DNA of 62,936 nucleotides, filler included, from Reclinomonas americana ATCC 50394 (lineage: Eukaryota), in NCBI GenBank assembly GCA_048213135.1. It is 16 parts of 16 records of this genome, joined end to end, with 100 filler letters (N's around TTAATTAATTAA, not from the genome) between each part and the next. Parts side by side here need not be neighbours in the genome. Positions count along the whole stretch, not along the records: positions 32,084 to 37,101 come from AFZH01019161.1; positions 37,202 to 43,462 come from AFZH01019163.1; positions 43,563 to 47,434 come from AFZH01019164.1; positions 47,535 to 49,343 come from AFZH01019165.1; 12 more parts are not named here. One strand, written 5' to 3'. Both the position numbers and the translations under genes were made by a program. Below are positions 34,778 through 47,811 of the stretch, piece after piece. The notes under the pieces were generated by a model. That model was given only the letters and a program-made list of their open reading frames with translations, ran no database searches and was not told the origin of the DNA. Positions within the stretch are counted from its first letter, which is position 1. Each line of letters opens with the position of its first letter.

Positions 34778-35982
34778 GGTGAGGCATGTGGTGAAGAATC
34801 AGTGCGATGAGTTTATGGTGGGTTACTTCTTCATCCTCTGTTCGTCCTTGCTACGAGCAGGCTGCGATCTACGGGGTGCACAGCTGCAGTGCACTAGATG
34901 CCTATCAGGGTCAATGAGCGTATGCATTCAAGATTAGAGAGTCAAGGGTGAAGTGCAGGAGCGGTGAGATCTGCATTGCGGCTGCTTTGGACTTTGCTCG
35001 TCCTTCGTCCATAAGAAAGGGCCTCTCCTACACGACGAGCAAAACGAGGATGAGTCGGATGAACCGACTAGAGAACTGTCATGTTTCTTACGCCAAATGA
35101 AACAGGTGCCGCTGCGCTGCTGGTTTTTGACCAATGCTGACCTCTGCCATGGATCGGCGGTCATGGGTGCACGGGCTAAGGGCTAAGGGTCTATGGTCAA
35201 GAGACGATTGCTTGGAAGGTCTTGATGCAACGCTTGGAATTCGAAGCACAACAGCAGCTGTTCCCTGTTGGTTTTGGTCGCTGTACGTGCTGTTGGTGGA
35301 AGCAGACGACGTTCTTTTTCTTTTTCCCCTTCACGGCTCCAGCGAAACTGTGAAAGAAAGAATGGTCGTTGAAGAAGATGGGCATTGAGAGCGGCCAATT
35401 GCGCCCAGTGGTGGACAGATGCTGCGTGGAGATCCTGCGGGCGGACTATGCGATGTTCGCTTTCCGCTGTGCCGGTGGCAACCAGGCTCAAGCAAACAAC
35501 CCCCCACCCGCAGCAGCTGCGCCGCAGCCTCAGGGCAACTAGAACCATCGCGTCGCTACTACAGCATGCCCCAGCTTCAACGAGTTCAGCGTCGACATCT
35601 GCGTATGGCTGCTGATAACAATGCATATATATATATATTAATGCGCCACGAAATCCTTTTGAGGCCAACACGCGTTTGATTGGCTTTGTCTCCTGAAAGG
35701 GAAGATGACTGTTGGAGTAGATTTATCGATGTGTTGTATGTTGTTGGTGTGCCAATGGCAGGGGATTTGCGCTGCGAACATTTGTTGCATTAATCGAAAT
35801 GTGGTGAATGAAGTGTTTTTCTTTTCAAGGAGCAGTGCTGCGATTCCACGGCCACGCACGCGGATGAAGTGTCTCCGGTAGAAGAAGACGCCGATCACAC
35901 TCACGCATCGGTTCAAGGGTAACGAAAGGGGTTGTGTCCAGATCACGTCCGCCCCACAGGACCACTCATTGTCCGTGTAACA

Positions 35983-38900
35983 ATGTCGTCGCGCGGGAGC
36001 GACGAAGAGAGTCTTTCGCGGTTTCTCCGACGTGCTCCAGTCGCCGCCAATGCCAAAGCATTATACCACGGATCACTCACCGATTATGGTGCCTTTCTGT
36101 ACTCAGTGAGTCCTTCTTTCCTTCTCTCTTTGTCTGTGTGTTGCTTTGTTGATTTGTTCTTCTTTTGCGCAGTACACCACGTGTGATATGAGTGGTGTGA
36201 TGACGTGTATGGACTATGATCCCGTGCAACGCACTGTGGCGGTTGGCGATGAGAATGGTGTCATTCATCTGTGAGTATTGTGGGGGGGAAGAGGGTGACG
36301 AGTGTTTCGCGCGCTCACTTGTCTGAGAGAGAGAAGGAGGAGGAGGAGGAGGACAAGGGGGAAGGGAGAGAGGAGAATGGGGAGAGGCATGATTCGCGGC
36401 ATTGTCTCCTCTCATTTCAGTTGTCTCGGGGAGAGAGAGAGAGTGGGTGAGAGAAAAGGGAGAGATATGCTGTTGTTTTCATCTCTCCTCTTCCTTGTCT
36501 CTGAATTGTGAGCGTTGGAGCCTTGATTGTGTCTCACAGAGAGAATTCTCTGCTCATGCTCACTCTCTCTCCTTCTCTCTCCTCGTCATTCTCTGTGAGT
36601 TGTGAGCGTGGAGCCTTGATTGTGTCTCACAGCGAGAGAGCTTTCTGCTCACGTTTGGGTCTCCTCTCTATCTCTCATTCTCTCCTTCTCTCGTCTTCCT
36701 TTTCTCTTCAGTTGCGAGCGTGGTGCCTTGACTGTGTCTCACAGAGAGAGCTCTTTTGTTCACGTTCCGTTCTTCTCTCTGTCTCTCTCGCGCGCGCTCT
36801 CTCTCTCTCATTCTCTCCTTCTCTCGTCTTCCTTTTCTCTTCAATTGTGAGCGTGGAGCCTTGATTGTGTCTCACAGAGAGAGTTCTCCTGTTCACGTTC
36901 CCGTTCTTCTCTCTGTCTCTCCCGCGCGCGCTCTCTCTCTCTCTCTCATTCTCTCCTTCTCCCGTCGTTCTTTCTCTTCAGTTGCGAGCGTGCAGCGTCG
37001 GAGTGAGAGAAAGAGAGAGCCTCGTGTTCGTGTCATGTTCTTCCTGTCTGTTTCCTCTCTCTCTCTCTCTCTCTCCTCGCACGCTCTCTCTCTCTCCTTC
37101 TNNNNNNNNNNNNNNNNNNNNNNNNNNNNNNNNNNNNNNNNNNNNTTAATTAATTAANNNNNNNNNNNNNNNNNNNNNNNNNNNNNNNNNNNNNNNNNNN
37201 NCCACTTGCTGCTCGTGGCGTACGCCTTTGGCCTGGTGGCACTGCATGACCTCAATGCGCAGAGTGTGCTCCAGCGTTTCGGACCGTTCCAGGTAAGATG
37301 GTCGACGCCTCGACATCTTGCGCACCTTGTTCACTCACTCTCGCTTCAACGACAGCGGGTGCGCGACGTCAAAGTGCACCCGAGTGGCAAGCGCATGTCG
37401 ATTGTGTGCGGCGCCAGCGACTTGCTGGTGGTCTCGATGCCGGAGGGGGAGACCATCGGCACTCTGTCTCTCGCTCCCACCGTCTCCGCCGTCGATGCCG
37501 TCACCTCTGCCGCCGCCGCCGCCGCCGCCGCGAATCAGGGTGGCAGTGCCGAGGTCGCTGCTCCTGTGGATTCCGGCTGGGACTCGCCAATGCGTGCACG
37601 ACTCGTGTGGGCGTTGCGTTTTTTCCCTCATCACTTGTTTTCTCTGTGCACGAAGCGCTCATCCGTCGCCAACACGCAGAGATCCAAAGTGCTTGCTGGT
37701 ACACTCTCCGTCGCTCGGCGTTCTCAGTGTGCTGTGTGGCGAAGGCAAGAAGTTTGCGGCTCCCACGTTGCTGCTGCCGCCCTCTGCTGCGCCGCGACGC
37801 GTGTCGTTGTTGCAGCGCACGCCGTGGGGTGAGTGCTCTCCACCGCCGGTGGTTGCTTTGCTTCCCTCACTCCATCCTCGCTGTGTAGATGCGGTCAAGG
37901 AGGGCAAGGTGTTTGGGCTTCTCGCGCTGTGCGACACCGGGCAGGTGCTGATGCAGCTGTGGGACAAGAAGCGGTGCGTTGTTGAAGTGGGAGAAGTGAT
38001 CGCGCAGAGTCTTGGAATATTATCGCGGTTGTTTCGTGTGTTCACTTCTTATCCTGCGCGTAATGTGAGATCTTTGATGACATTCAACACTCTGAATGCT
38101 ATTGTTTGCGCTGTTGTCCGCACGACTTCCTGCCTGCTTGATTGTTTGTCTCCCTGTTTGCCTCGAGTTTGTTCTATTCCTTCATCTCCGCCTCCGTCTG
38201 TTTCTGCTTGCTCGCTCCCACTCGCTTGCACTTTCTTTTTCTCTTCTTCTTCTTCTCTTTCGCTCTCTCTGTTTTTCCTTTCATGTTCTCGTTGCCTGAT
38301 ATCGCTCCCCTTTCCATATTCTTCCAGTCTTCATCGTCCACTTGTCAATCATTCACTCTCGCTCTCATTTGCTCTCCTTCTGCCTGTCTTTTACTTCTTC
38401 CCTCATTCTTTTTCTGCCATTCACTCGCTCTCGCTCTCTTTTCTCTCATTTTCTCGCTCTCTTTCTGATTCATCTTTCGGGTTCTCGCTGTCTTGTAGAA
38501 CCGTGTCTTGGTGGTCATAGGAGTGAGAGGAAAGAAACAGGAGATCTGGATACAGACAGGGGGACCCGCGGGGTGTGATTTTTTTGCACGAAATGTTCGT
38601 GTCTGATCTCAGTGTTTCCCTGTAACTTGTCTTCCAGTCTTCATCGTTTACTTCTCTGTCATTCGCACGCTTTCCTTCGCTCGCACTCTCACTCCCTCTC
38701 CCTCTGTTTGCCTCTTGCTGTCACCGTCATGTACTCGCTCCTCTAATTCTCTCTCACTCTCTCTGAGTTCGGCTTTCAGCACTCGCTATCTACCACCACT
38801 TCCACAACTCGTCCCCCCCGTCTTCGTCATTTCTTCTTTCCCTCCCTCTTACTCTCGCCCCCCTTCCCCTTCCTTCCCCTTCACTCAGATCCTCCTCCAC

Positions 38901-41900
38901 CACCCGCCCACTTCCCACCTTCCACCGCACCGTGGGCGACGACGTGGCCCTCGGCACCTTCACCGCGCTATCCTCGTTCGACTTGCCGCTGCCGGAGTCG
39001 CCGGTGGACGGCGGCCAAGACACACCCTCCTATTTCGGTGCGCTCTTTGTGACGGGCAAGTCGCCGGCGTCGCGCCACTGCATTTCGTGTCACATTCTGC
39101 GACGTGATTCGGGCGCCGCCATTCCTCTGTGGAGGTATCTGTCGTGGTGTGTTGTTGCTGAATTGTTGATGCCATCGCTCACTCTTACCCCTTATTCTCA
39201 GAGCTCCCTCCAATACCGACCACCAGGCGATCACGGCGCTGCTGTCGAGTCGCATATCGAGTTGTCCCGACGGTCCGCCTCCGCAACCCGGCGACGGTGA
39301 GAGTGACGGCGATGCGAGTCGACGCACTGCATCCGTGTGCTCGATGCTGCTCGTGTTTTACGGGCTGCAGGATGGCACCGTCGGCTGCATGGATGTGGGG
39401 TGCGCATCGGCAGTGCAGTGCATGTACCTTGCTGACTGCCACTGACGAGCTTGTGCTGCAGGTCGGCGCACTTGTGGCGGTGCACGTCGCCAACCGATCA
39501 GCTGGTCGGCGACGAACTGAATCCACTGCCCGGCAGTCCCAGTGATGATGAAGTCGCGTGGGTTGTCGATGGAAAATGAATTTCCCCCACGCTGCTGATG
39601 ATGTAGTGCGCAGGAACCAGCTGGCGCCGACGAACAGCGTCTCGGACCGGCCACCGTCACCACCCTCGCTGTTTGGGGTCCCTTGTGAGTAATACTATAT
39701 GTGAAATGCCGCTTTTATTGGTGGCTCACTCTGTGCTTCTCCCAGCGTACTGGTTGCGCATCAGTCTGGCCTGATCTCCGTCTTGGTGGCGGTCAATGGC
39801 CACGTCGTGTGTCGGCTGCGATGTGTACAGGATTGGTGGCTAGCCAGCAGGCAGGACGTGCAGGCGCGCGTCTTGGCCACCATGGAAGCCGAAGCACAGA
39901 AGAAGAGCAAGTCGAAGCCGTCGTCGTCAGACGCGTCATCTGCCGCACCGGTGACGTGTTCTTGACCACTTGAGCACTCGCAGTCTTTTTCGCTCACATA
40001 TCGATGCTTGCACAGCTGTCACTCACGTGCACCTTGGCCGCCGTGTCGGCACTGGACGCATGCCACTTTTGGGTGCCCTCTTCTGGTTTGGAAGTACTGC
40101 CCGTGCTCTAATTGAGCGCTCTCGTTCTCAGTTGATCTCCCGCTGCGTAGATGGATTGTACAGTGTGCCGCACATTGTTATCGCTGTGGGCACTCCCGGA
40201 GGCGAGGTGCGCCACGTTTGATGTTGTCATATTGTATCCTCATCTTACATTGCATTGTTTACAGATACTGTTGGTCGACGCCATGGCCGATCGCATTGTC
40301 GCCGCCACGACGTCGTCGGTGCCCGCGAAGCAGCCGAAGAAACCGAGTGTGGATGACCTCATGGCGAAGCTCACGGATGATTCGCGTGCCATGTGCGGGG
40401 CATTTATTGTGGATAGCCGTGGACGGCCGCCGCCGCCGCCGTCGGAGCGCATTTTTGATGGTGCGCGGGGGAAGGGGAAGGGTGGAGGGGAAAGGGTGGA
40501 AGGGGGGAGGGTGGAGAGGGAAGGGGAAGGTGAAGGGGAAGGGGAAGGGGAAGGGGGAGAAAGGGGAAGGGGAAAGTAGAAGGAGGAGGGGTGGAAGGGG
40601 GAGGGTGGAGGGGAACGGGAATGTGAAGGAGAAGGGGAAGAGGGAAGGGGATACCGATATGAGTTGAGTATTGCACAGGAGATAGTAATTAGAATGTTGA
40701 GAGGCGAAGAGTGTGACACCAAGCCAAGGGAGAGGTAGAGTCGCGAATTGAACACGAGAAGAAGCGAACGGGAGGAGAGCAAAACGGAGGAGAAGTGAAA
40801 AGAACGTGACGGAAGTGAGTGAATCGAAGACAGGAGATAGCGAAGTGAAAGGGGAGAGGGGGAAGGGGGAAAAGGAGAGAGTCCCGAGGAGGCCATGAAA
40901 ACAATAAGTGAGGAGAAGGGAAATGAACGTGTCGGGAGAATCGAAGACAGGAGAGAACGAAGGTAAAGGAGAGGGAGAGAGTCGAGAGGAGGCCATGAAA
41001 ACAATAAGTGAGAAGAAGGGAAATGAACGTGTCGGAAGTGAGAGAATCGAGGACAAGAGAGAACGAAGGGAAAGGGGAGGAGATAAGCAAGGGAGAAGAA
41101 GAGAAGAGAAGTGAAAATAAACGAGGGGAATTTGGAAGGAGACGAGAACAAATCGATGAGAGTGAGCTGAAAACAGTGTGATCTTCGAGAGGTTACAAGA
41201 GAGAAGAAACAGTCAGCACTTGCAGACGTAATTGTGCATGGACTTCGTCCAGGCCGATAAGAGATCGGAAATGAAGAAATGATGAACGAGTGGTTGCAGG
41301 AGATGATGTATATGTTGTGAGCTAAGCGCAGCTGTCCGTGCGTTCGTTAGAGGACAAATCAGGGAGTCGAATGATTGGGTGCAGCATGAACCAATGAGAC
41401 GAAGAGGTGCGATGATGGAAGAATGAAGAGAGACGTGAAGGGAAGAGAAGGAGTGAGACAAGGGCGAGAAGCAAGAGAAGAGAGCTGAACAGCAAAAGCA
41501 GATGAGCTGTCGCTTGCGGGGTCCTTTACTCGGTTCTCTCTTTCACACACCCTTCCCTCCATTTCACAGCCACTCCCACTTCACCAAGCCCACTGGAGGA
41601 TGTGGTACTGGCCGTGCCGCAGGACTTTCATCTGGCACTCCATCTCCGCCGCGAGGCAGTGGACGCGCACGGTACGTGCATGAGCATGGCAAAGCATGGA
41701 GAATGATAATTTGACTCTCGTGCCTGCAGTGCAACGCTTGTCATCACCAGCAGCACGTGCAGCTGAGGTGTGGTGCCTTGCCTCTTCTATATGATTGCTC
41801 TTCACTAAAGCAGGATATGCAGGGATTTGCACCGGCGGCGCCTCTTGTGGTGGCGGGTGCGGGCTCGTATCAGGTGCGTGTTCGTGTGTCGGCACTTTTC

Positions 41901-43390
41901 TCGTGAACTTCGCTCACGAATCGACGCACCAGAGTCCCGTGCAGCCGTCGGCCTTGGCTGCGGCGGCATCGATGGATCAGGGGCTGGAGCGTGATAGCAG
42001 CTACGATTTCGGTGATGTCGGCACGCCGCCACCGTCAGTCGATCCGGCTGACCGTGCACGCGAGATGGTGGAGGTACTGCCAAGGGAGTTCGTTTTCCCC
42101 GTCGTCGATTGCTTGCTCATTGTGTCGCTCCCAGCAACTGGCACTCGATCCACACGGTTCCATGACCGATGAGCTCTCGGCCAAAGTCTTCTTTATCGAT
42201 CCGGTCGACCATCGTGCGATCGAAGTGTCGCTGATCAACTGTTGCCGCGTACTGTGCATTCGACATTTGCGACATGCGTGCGTACACATCACTGCTTTTT
42301 CTTTTCCGTGCGTAGCTAACCAGCCGTGCGCCACAGCTCTGCCTCGGGTCTCTCAAATCAGGCAAGCGCCGTGGCGCCGGAGGAGGTATGAGTTCGTTCA
42401 TGCGTGTAATGGTCTGTCTCGGGGTGCCACTCATTGTCTACTGTCTGCGACACAGCTGTGGAGTGTCTCTGTGCCGCTGCACACCTCCTCGTGTGACAAG
42501 GTGGTCGTGGAGCGTGCCTTGACCCCCGATGGTATGTCTGCCCTTTGCTCCTCATCGAATATAACTCTGCGCTTACTCCCCGTTCTCGACAAGGGCACGG
42601 CGTGTATCGGGTGTTTGAAGATGCGCAGTTGCTGGCCAGCATTCCGTTCACTCCCGACCATTTCCGTGCGCACTCCTAGTTCTCTTTGTTGCCCTGATTG
42701 TTTTCTCACTCCCCTATTCGATTATTCAGATGCTCGACTCTTTGCCGCGCAAGGAACGGTGCACATGGAGAATCGGGACGAGCTGCTGTCGTCGGTGGCT
42801 CTGCACGGTTTGACGAGCTCAGCTCGCTGTGCTCTCCTTATCACATGCATTCTCATCACGCGTGGAGCGCAGGGCACAATGCGGACACGGGCGAGGATAT
42901 TGCGCTGCAGTTTGCCACCATGCCACCGCCGCCGTGGGATCCCGTGCATGAGACGGTGCGGCGGACGATTCTGCTTGGTCCTGAGTTCCGACCGCGAGTT
43001 CCGCAAGGTGGGGTGAAGGGGAAGGGGGAAGGGGGAAGGGGAAGGGGAAGGGGAAGGGGAAAGGGGAAGGGGAAAGAGAAGAGAGAGTAGCTGCGTGAGC
43101 ATCTGGGCCTGGGTGAAGTGGCTGGTGTTTGGCAGCAGCTGGGGAGCATCCTCGCACTCGCCTACGTTGAGCAAGCATTTTTCTCGCTTTGGCAATGCAT
43201 GCATTGCACTACATGGATCTAAGGAAGACACGGGCAGAAAAAGGGTGAGCAAGGCTGACGAAAGAAACTCACCCTCACTTAAAGAGGCGGGTCGAATGTA
43301 GGGAGAGCTTTGACAGACGGAACCAGGGGTGAACAGAAAGAATGTGAGGCACAGGAAGAGAACGAGAGATAAACAGACAGACAGAGGAAG

Positions 43391-43432
<42 letters not shown>

Positions 43433-46097
43433 GAGACGAGAGAAGAGAGAGAGAGAGAGTAGNNNNNNNNNNNNNNNNNNNNNNNNNNNNNNNNNNNNNN
43501 NNNNNNTTAATTAATTAANNNNNNNNNNNNNNNNNNNNNNNNNNNNNNNNNNNNNNNNNNNNGAGAGAGAGAGAGAAGAGAGAAAGAGGGAGAGAGATAT
43601 GGACAAGAGAAGTGCAGTAGGCGAGGTAGACAGAGTGAAACAATGACTGGCAGACAAGTGGACAGAACGCAAGACAGAAACTGACTCAGAGAGAAGAGGG
43701 AGTGAAGGGGAGGGAGGCTGACAGTAGCAGACTTTGACAGAGGTGTAGATAAGAGTGTGCAACACAGGAAGACGGGAATAAGTTCAGAATGACAGAGAGC
43801 GAGTGAGTTCTGGCGAGGAAGAGCGAGACGGAGCGTTATGAGAGAGACCGAAAGAAATACAAAGACTGCAGACATACGGACAGAGAGATAGAGAGCGAGA
43901 GAGACAGACAGACAGGCAGACATACAGACAGAGAGAGAGAGAGAGAGAGACAGAATGAACAAGAAGTTGATCATCCACCCTGTTGTACAACCTTGGCCTT
44001 GCTTTCTGAGTGGAGCAAATGTCGTAACACGTGGTCTTTCGTGTGCTCCCGTCACAATTTTTTTTTGTAGACGTCGGGTAATCTTCTCTCTACGCGCATT
44101 TATATCTCCTTATCCCCCTAACAGTGCTCTCCTCCGCCTGGCAACCGGAATACGTGGTCACCGTGTGCCGCGATGGCGCCCGACTGCATCACTTTGGCAA
44201 CGAATTGAATCTGGTGAAGAGGCGGCCGGAGGAGGAGCGGCCGATTGTCGCCGCGTACTTGCTGCAAGTGGCTGGTGTGTGTATTTGACCCCTCGCGAAC
44301 TTTCTCCTCATGCGATGTCAACCTCACTCGCTGCCGCGCAGACGACTTTGCGCTGATGATGATTGATGAAACCAAGTTCATCATCACCACCAATCTCGTC
44401 GACTTGTCGACTCTGGTGTTCACAGCCAACCTCACGCAGCACGACTTGTGGTGAGCTCGTGCGCGACGTGTTTTTCGCGCTGGCATTCTGGGTCGTAATC
44501 TTATCACCTGCAGTTATGATATTGTGAATGCCGTGGTGGCGGTGGATGCTGCCAGTGCATCGATGGCGGTCATCTCTGCCGACGGTGTGGGCCAGGCGGA
44601 AGTGTTCCCGGAGCACAACCTTCGGGGGTGTGTGTGGTTGATACGAGAATGAGTGTGCTGTTCCACCGCAGTCTCATGTTTGTCGCAGGTACCTGTCGGC
44701 GCAAGTGCCCGTTTTGTATGTCGATGGGATTCCGACTCCAGATCGACCCACGACGGGTTTCCTCAGCATGTTCCAGTCTGCGCCGGAGGCTTTCTCGCAG
44801 GAAGTCGACGCTCTCTGTTGCGATTATCAGGGAGAAGGGGGAGAGAAAAGGGAGAAGGAAAAGGGGGAAGGGATAGGGGGAAGGGAGAAGAGGGAAGGGA
44901 TAGGGGAGGAAGGGACACGGGGAAGGGAGAAGAGGGAAGGGAAGGAAGGTTGAAGGCAGAGGGGAAGGAAAGGGAGCGAGAAGGGAAGGAGGAGGGGACG
45001 GGGAGAGGAGAAGGAACAGGAGAGGGAATGGAGAAGGAAGGGAGCGGGAAGAGAAGGAGGAGGAGACAGGGAGAGGGACGGAACGAAGGGCCAGGAGGGA
45101 TCGCGCAAGGAGGGATTGAGAGTGGAAAAAAGGAGAGGTGGGAGGGGATTAGGGGAACAAACTGAGAGACGGAATAGAAGAGACACGGGGAAGGGACAGG
45201 GAGAAGGAAGGGAGCGAGAAGGGAAGGAGGAGGGGACAGGGGGAGGGGGACTGGAGGGATGAAGCATGGAGGGATTGACAGTGTAGGAAAGTAGAGGTGG
45301 GAGGGGATTAGGGGAACGAACTCAGAGAAGGGACACGGGAGGAAGGGACACGGGAGGAAGGGACACGGGGAAGGGACACGGGGAAGGGACAGGGGAGGAA
45401 AGGGAGAAGGAAGGGAGCGAGAAGGGAAGGAGGAGGGGAAGGAGCAGAGGGACAGGAGGGATCGCGCAAGGAGGGATTGAGAGTGGAAAAAAGGAGAGGT
45501 GGGAGGGGATAAGGGCAACGAACTTAGAGAAGGAACAGGGGAAGGAATAGGAGAAGGAAAGGGAGAAGGAGAAGGAGAAAAGAACGGGACTGGGCGAAGG
45601 AGATGGAACAAGGGGAAAGAATAGGGAAGGAACAGCGGGAAGGAAGAGGAAGGAACCGGTGGAGCTCGCCCTTGTATTTGTTGCTCTCCATGCTGACTTT
45701 TTAGCGCCGTGCACGCAGTTGATCGAGTGGAGCGACCGGCGCAGGTGAAAGGACCCGCGCACGACACTACGAACCGCATGTCCAAGGCACAGCGCTCCAT
45801 GGGCGAGGTGGCCGACTTTATGCGGGAAAACTTGCAGGTTTTGTCATCTCCTCCTTCTCAAACGCTGTGTTATTCTGCTCTGAATCCCATGGCACAGCGA
45901 CTGGCTGAGCGTGGCGAGCGACTGGGGCGCATGGTCGATGCCAGCAATTTGATGGAGCAGCGCGCGTTGGAGTTCAGAGAGCTGGCAAAGCAGGTGCTGT
46001 TGCTGTGTGCTTCATTGTCAGCCGTTGTCTTGTTCTCACCGTCTGTGCACAGATTGCCGAGGAGAGCCGGAAGAGGGATCGCTGTTCACTCCAATAA
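35983..46097 (+). CDS. Tomosyn/Lgl/Sro7-family protein: WD40 propellers plus C-terminal R-SNARE motif, about 28 exons, spans two gaps
   Basis: N-terminal TCMDYDPVQRTVAVGDENGVIH and LLLVAYAFGLVALHDL match the family pattern. C-terminal MRENLQ|RLAERGERLGRMVDASNLMEQRALEF has the R-SNARE zero-layer ERGERL. Stop TAA at 46095-46097. Confidence 0.82.
36503..36995. repeat. Five imperfect ~95-145 bp intronic repeats beginning TTG(T/C)GAGCGTGGAGCCTTGATTGTGTCTCACAG
   Basis: Copies at about 36506, 36600, 36712, 36845 and a partial one at about 36982. Confidence 0.75.
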
Positions 46098-46146
46098 ACT
46101 GCAGCGACGAATGAGACTCAAAACACAAAGAGAACTACATTGGTTT

Positions 46147-47433
46147 TTATCGAGCATTGCGCCCCGATTTCTTCGCAGGTTTTCTGCTGTCGTCGTCACT
46201 GTGCTCATCAGCAGCAGCCTTGGCCTTGCCCTTTTTCGCCTTGGGCTTGGTCTGGACAATCTCTTCCTCATCATCGCTCTCCGATGCGGCCTTGGCCTTG
46301 CCCTTCTTCGCCTTGGGCTTGGTGTGTGCGGCCTCCTCTTCGTCGTCACTCGCAACTCTGGCCTTGCCCTTCTTCGCCTTCGGCTTCGTATGGACGGCCT
46401 CCTCCTCCTCGTCATCGCTTGCAACCGCCTTCGGCTTGCCCTTCTTGGCCTTCGGCTTCGTATGAACGGCCTCCTCTTCGTCGTCACTCGCAGCCTTGGC
46501 CTTGCCCTTCTTGGCCTTGGGCTTCGTGTGGACGGCCTCCTCCTCCTCGTCATCGCTCGGAGCTCTGGCCTTGCCCTTCTTCGCCTTCGGCTTGGTGTGG
46601 ACGGCCTCCTCCTCGTCGTCATCGCTCGCAGGCCTGGCCTTGCCCTTCTTGGCCTTGGGCTTCGTATGGACGACCTCCTCCTCCTCGTCATCGCTTGCAA
46701 CCCTGGCCTTGCCCTTCTTGGCCTTGGGCTTGGTCTGCACCACATCCTCCTCCTCGTCATCACTCACAGCCGCCTTCGGCTTGCCCTTTTTGTGCTTGGG
46801 CTTGGTCTGCACCACATCCTCCTCCGCTTCCTCCTCCTCATCGTCACTCCCGGCCGCAGCCTTCGGCTTGCCACCCTTGGCCTTCTTCTGCGTCGTCTTC
46901 TTCTTGTCACCAGCATCATCACTGTCGCCGTCCTCCAACGACATGGCCGCCAACTTGTCCGCCACTGCTCCCGCTCCTCCCCCTCCACCGCCACCCCGCT
47001 TGTTCTTGTGGCCACCACGACGTCGGCCACGCTTGCCACCACCGTGATCATCATCATCACCACTCGAATCCTCCATCATGCGCTGCAGCATGGCGCGCGC
47101 CTTGGCCTTCTGCTTCCGCTCATCCGCCTCCTCATCGTCGTCGTCGTCGTCGCTACCAGCATCGTCGTCACCGTCGTCGCCGTGGCCTTCGTCGCTGTCT
47201 TGGTGCTTGCCCTTCTTTCCGCCACCGCGGCGCCCCGCTTTGCCACCGCCATGCTTGCCGCCGTCTTTTGTCGCGGCAGCAGCACCGGCGGTGGTGGTGG
47301 CGGTGGTGGTGGCGGCCGAGCCGCCAGCATCTTCGCTGAGACCGTCGATCGACATGTCGCCCTCCACAATCACCTGCTGATTGACGACCTCCACCGTGGC
47401 CATGCCGCGAATCTGCTCGTCGACTTCGCGGTA
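46147..47433 (-). CDS. 3' exon of a protein with a possible SBDS/Sdo1 C-terminal end followed by a long acidic/basic repeat tail
   Basis: Open frame from the gap to TAA at 46147-46149. It starts YREVDEQIRGMATVEVV..EGD, which resembles the end of SBDS domain III, though only a short match is visible. Nine SDDEEE..TKPKAKKGK repeats follow. Confidence 0.5.
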   Translation of the reverse strand, partial: YREVDEQIRGMATVEVVNQQVIVEGDMSIDGLSEDAGGSAATTTATTTAGAAAATKDGGKHGGGKAGRRGGGKKGKHQDSDEGHGDDGDDDAGSDDDDDDEEADERKQKAKARAMLQRMMEDSSGDDDDHGGGKRGRRRGGHKNKRGGGGGGGAGAVADKLAAMSLEDGDSDDAGDKKKTTQKKAKGGKPKAAAGSDDEEEEAEEDVVQTKPKHKKGKPKAAVSDDEEEDVVQTKPKAKKGKARVASDDEEEEVVHTKPKAKKGKARPASDDDEEEAVHTKPKAKKGKARAPSDDEEEEAVHTKPKAKKGKAKAASDDEEEAVHTKPKAKKGKPKAVASDDEEEEAVHTKPKAKKGKARVASDDEEEAAHTKPKAKKGKAKAASESDDEEEIVQTKPKAKKGKAKAAADEHSDDDSRKPAKKSGRNAR

Positions 47434-47538
47434 ANNNNNNNNNNNNNNNNNNNNNNNNNNNNNNNNNNNNNNNNNNNNTTAATTAATTAANNNNNNNNNN
47501 NNNNNNNNNNNNNNNNNNNNNNNNNNNNNNNNNNGTTG

Positions 47539-47577
<39 letters not shown>

Positions 47578-47811
47578 TGTGGAGAGAGAGAGAGAGAGAG
47601 AGAGAAAGGAGAGAGGAGAGGCAAGGGTGCGTGTGTGTGTGAGAGAGAGAGCAGACAAGAGACAGAGAGTCATATGTAATCCTCCGGAGTCACGAGATGA
47701 ACTCGCTGTTCACAAGTTCTCTTGCTTTAATACTCAACTCTCTCTCTCTCTCTGTATGTGTGTATGTGTGTGTGTGTGTGTGCGAGAGAGAAGAGAACAC
47801 GATGACAGTGC

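Noticed and set aside
39553..39613. Possible further shifted donor A|GTCGCG in the tomosyn-like gene
   Set aside because: An equally in-frame G|GTTGTC donor lies 9 nt downstream. This cannot be resolved without transcripts, so it is not counted.
45709..47490. 593-aa plus-strand Leu-rich ORF in the ORF track
   Set aside because: It is an antisense shadow of the Lys/Glu repeat gene fused to tomosyn exons and introns.
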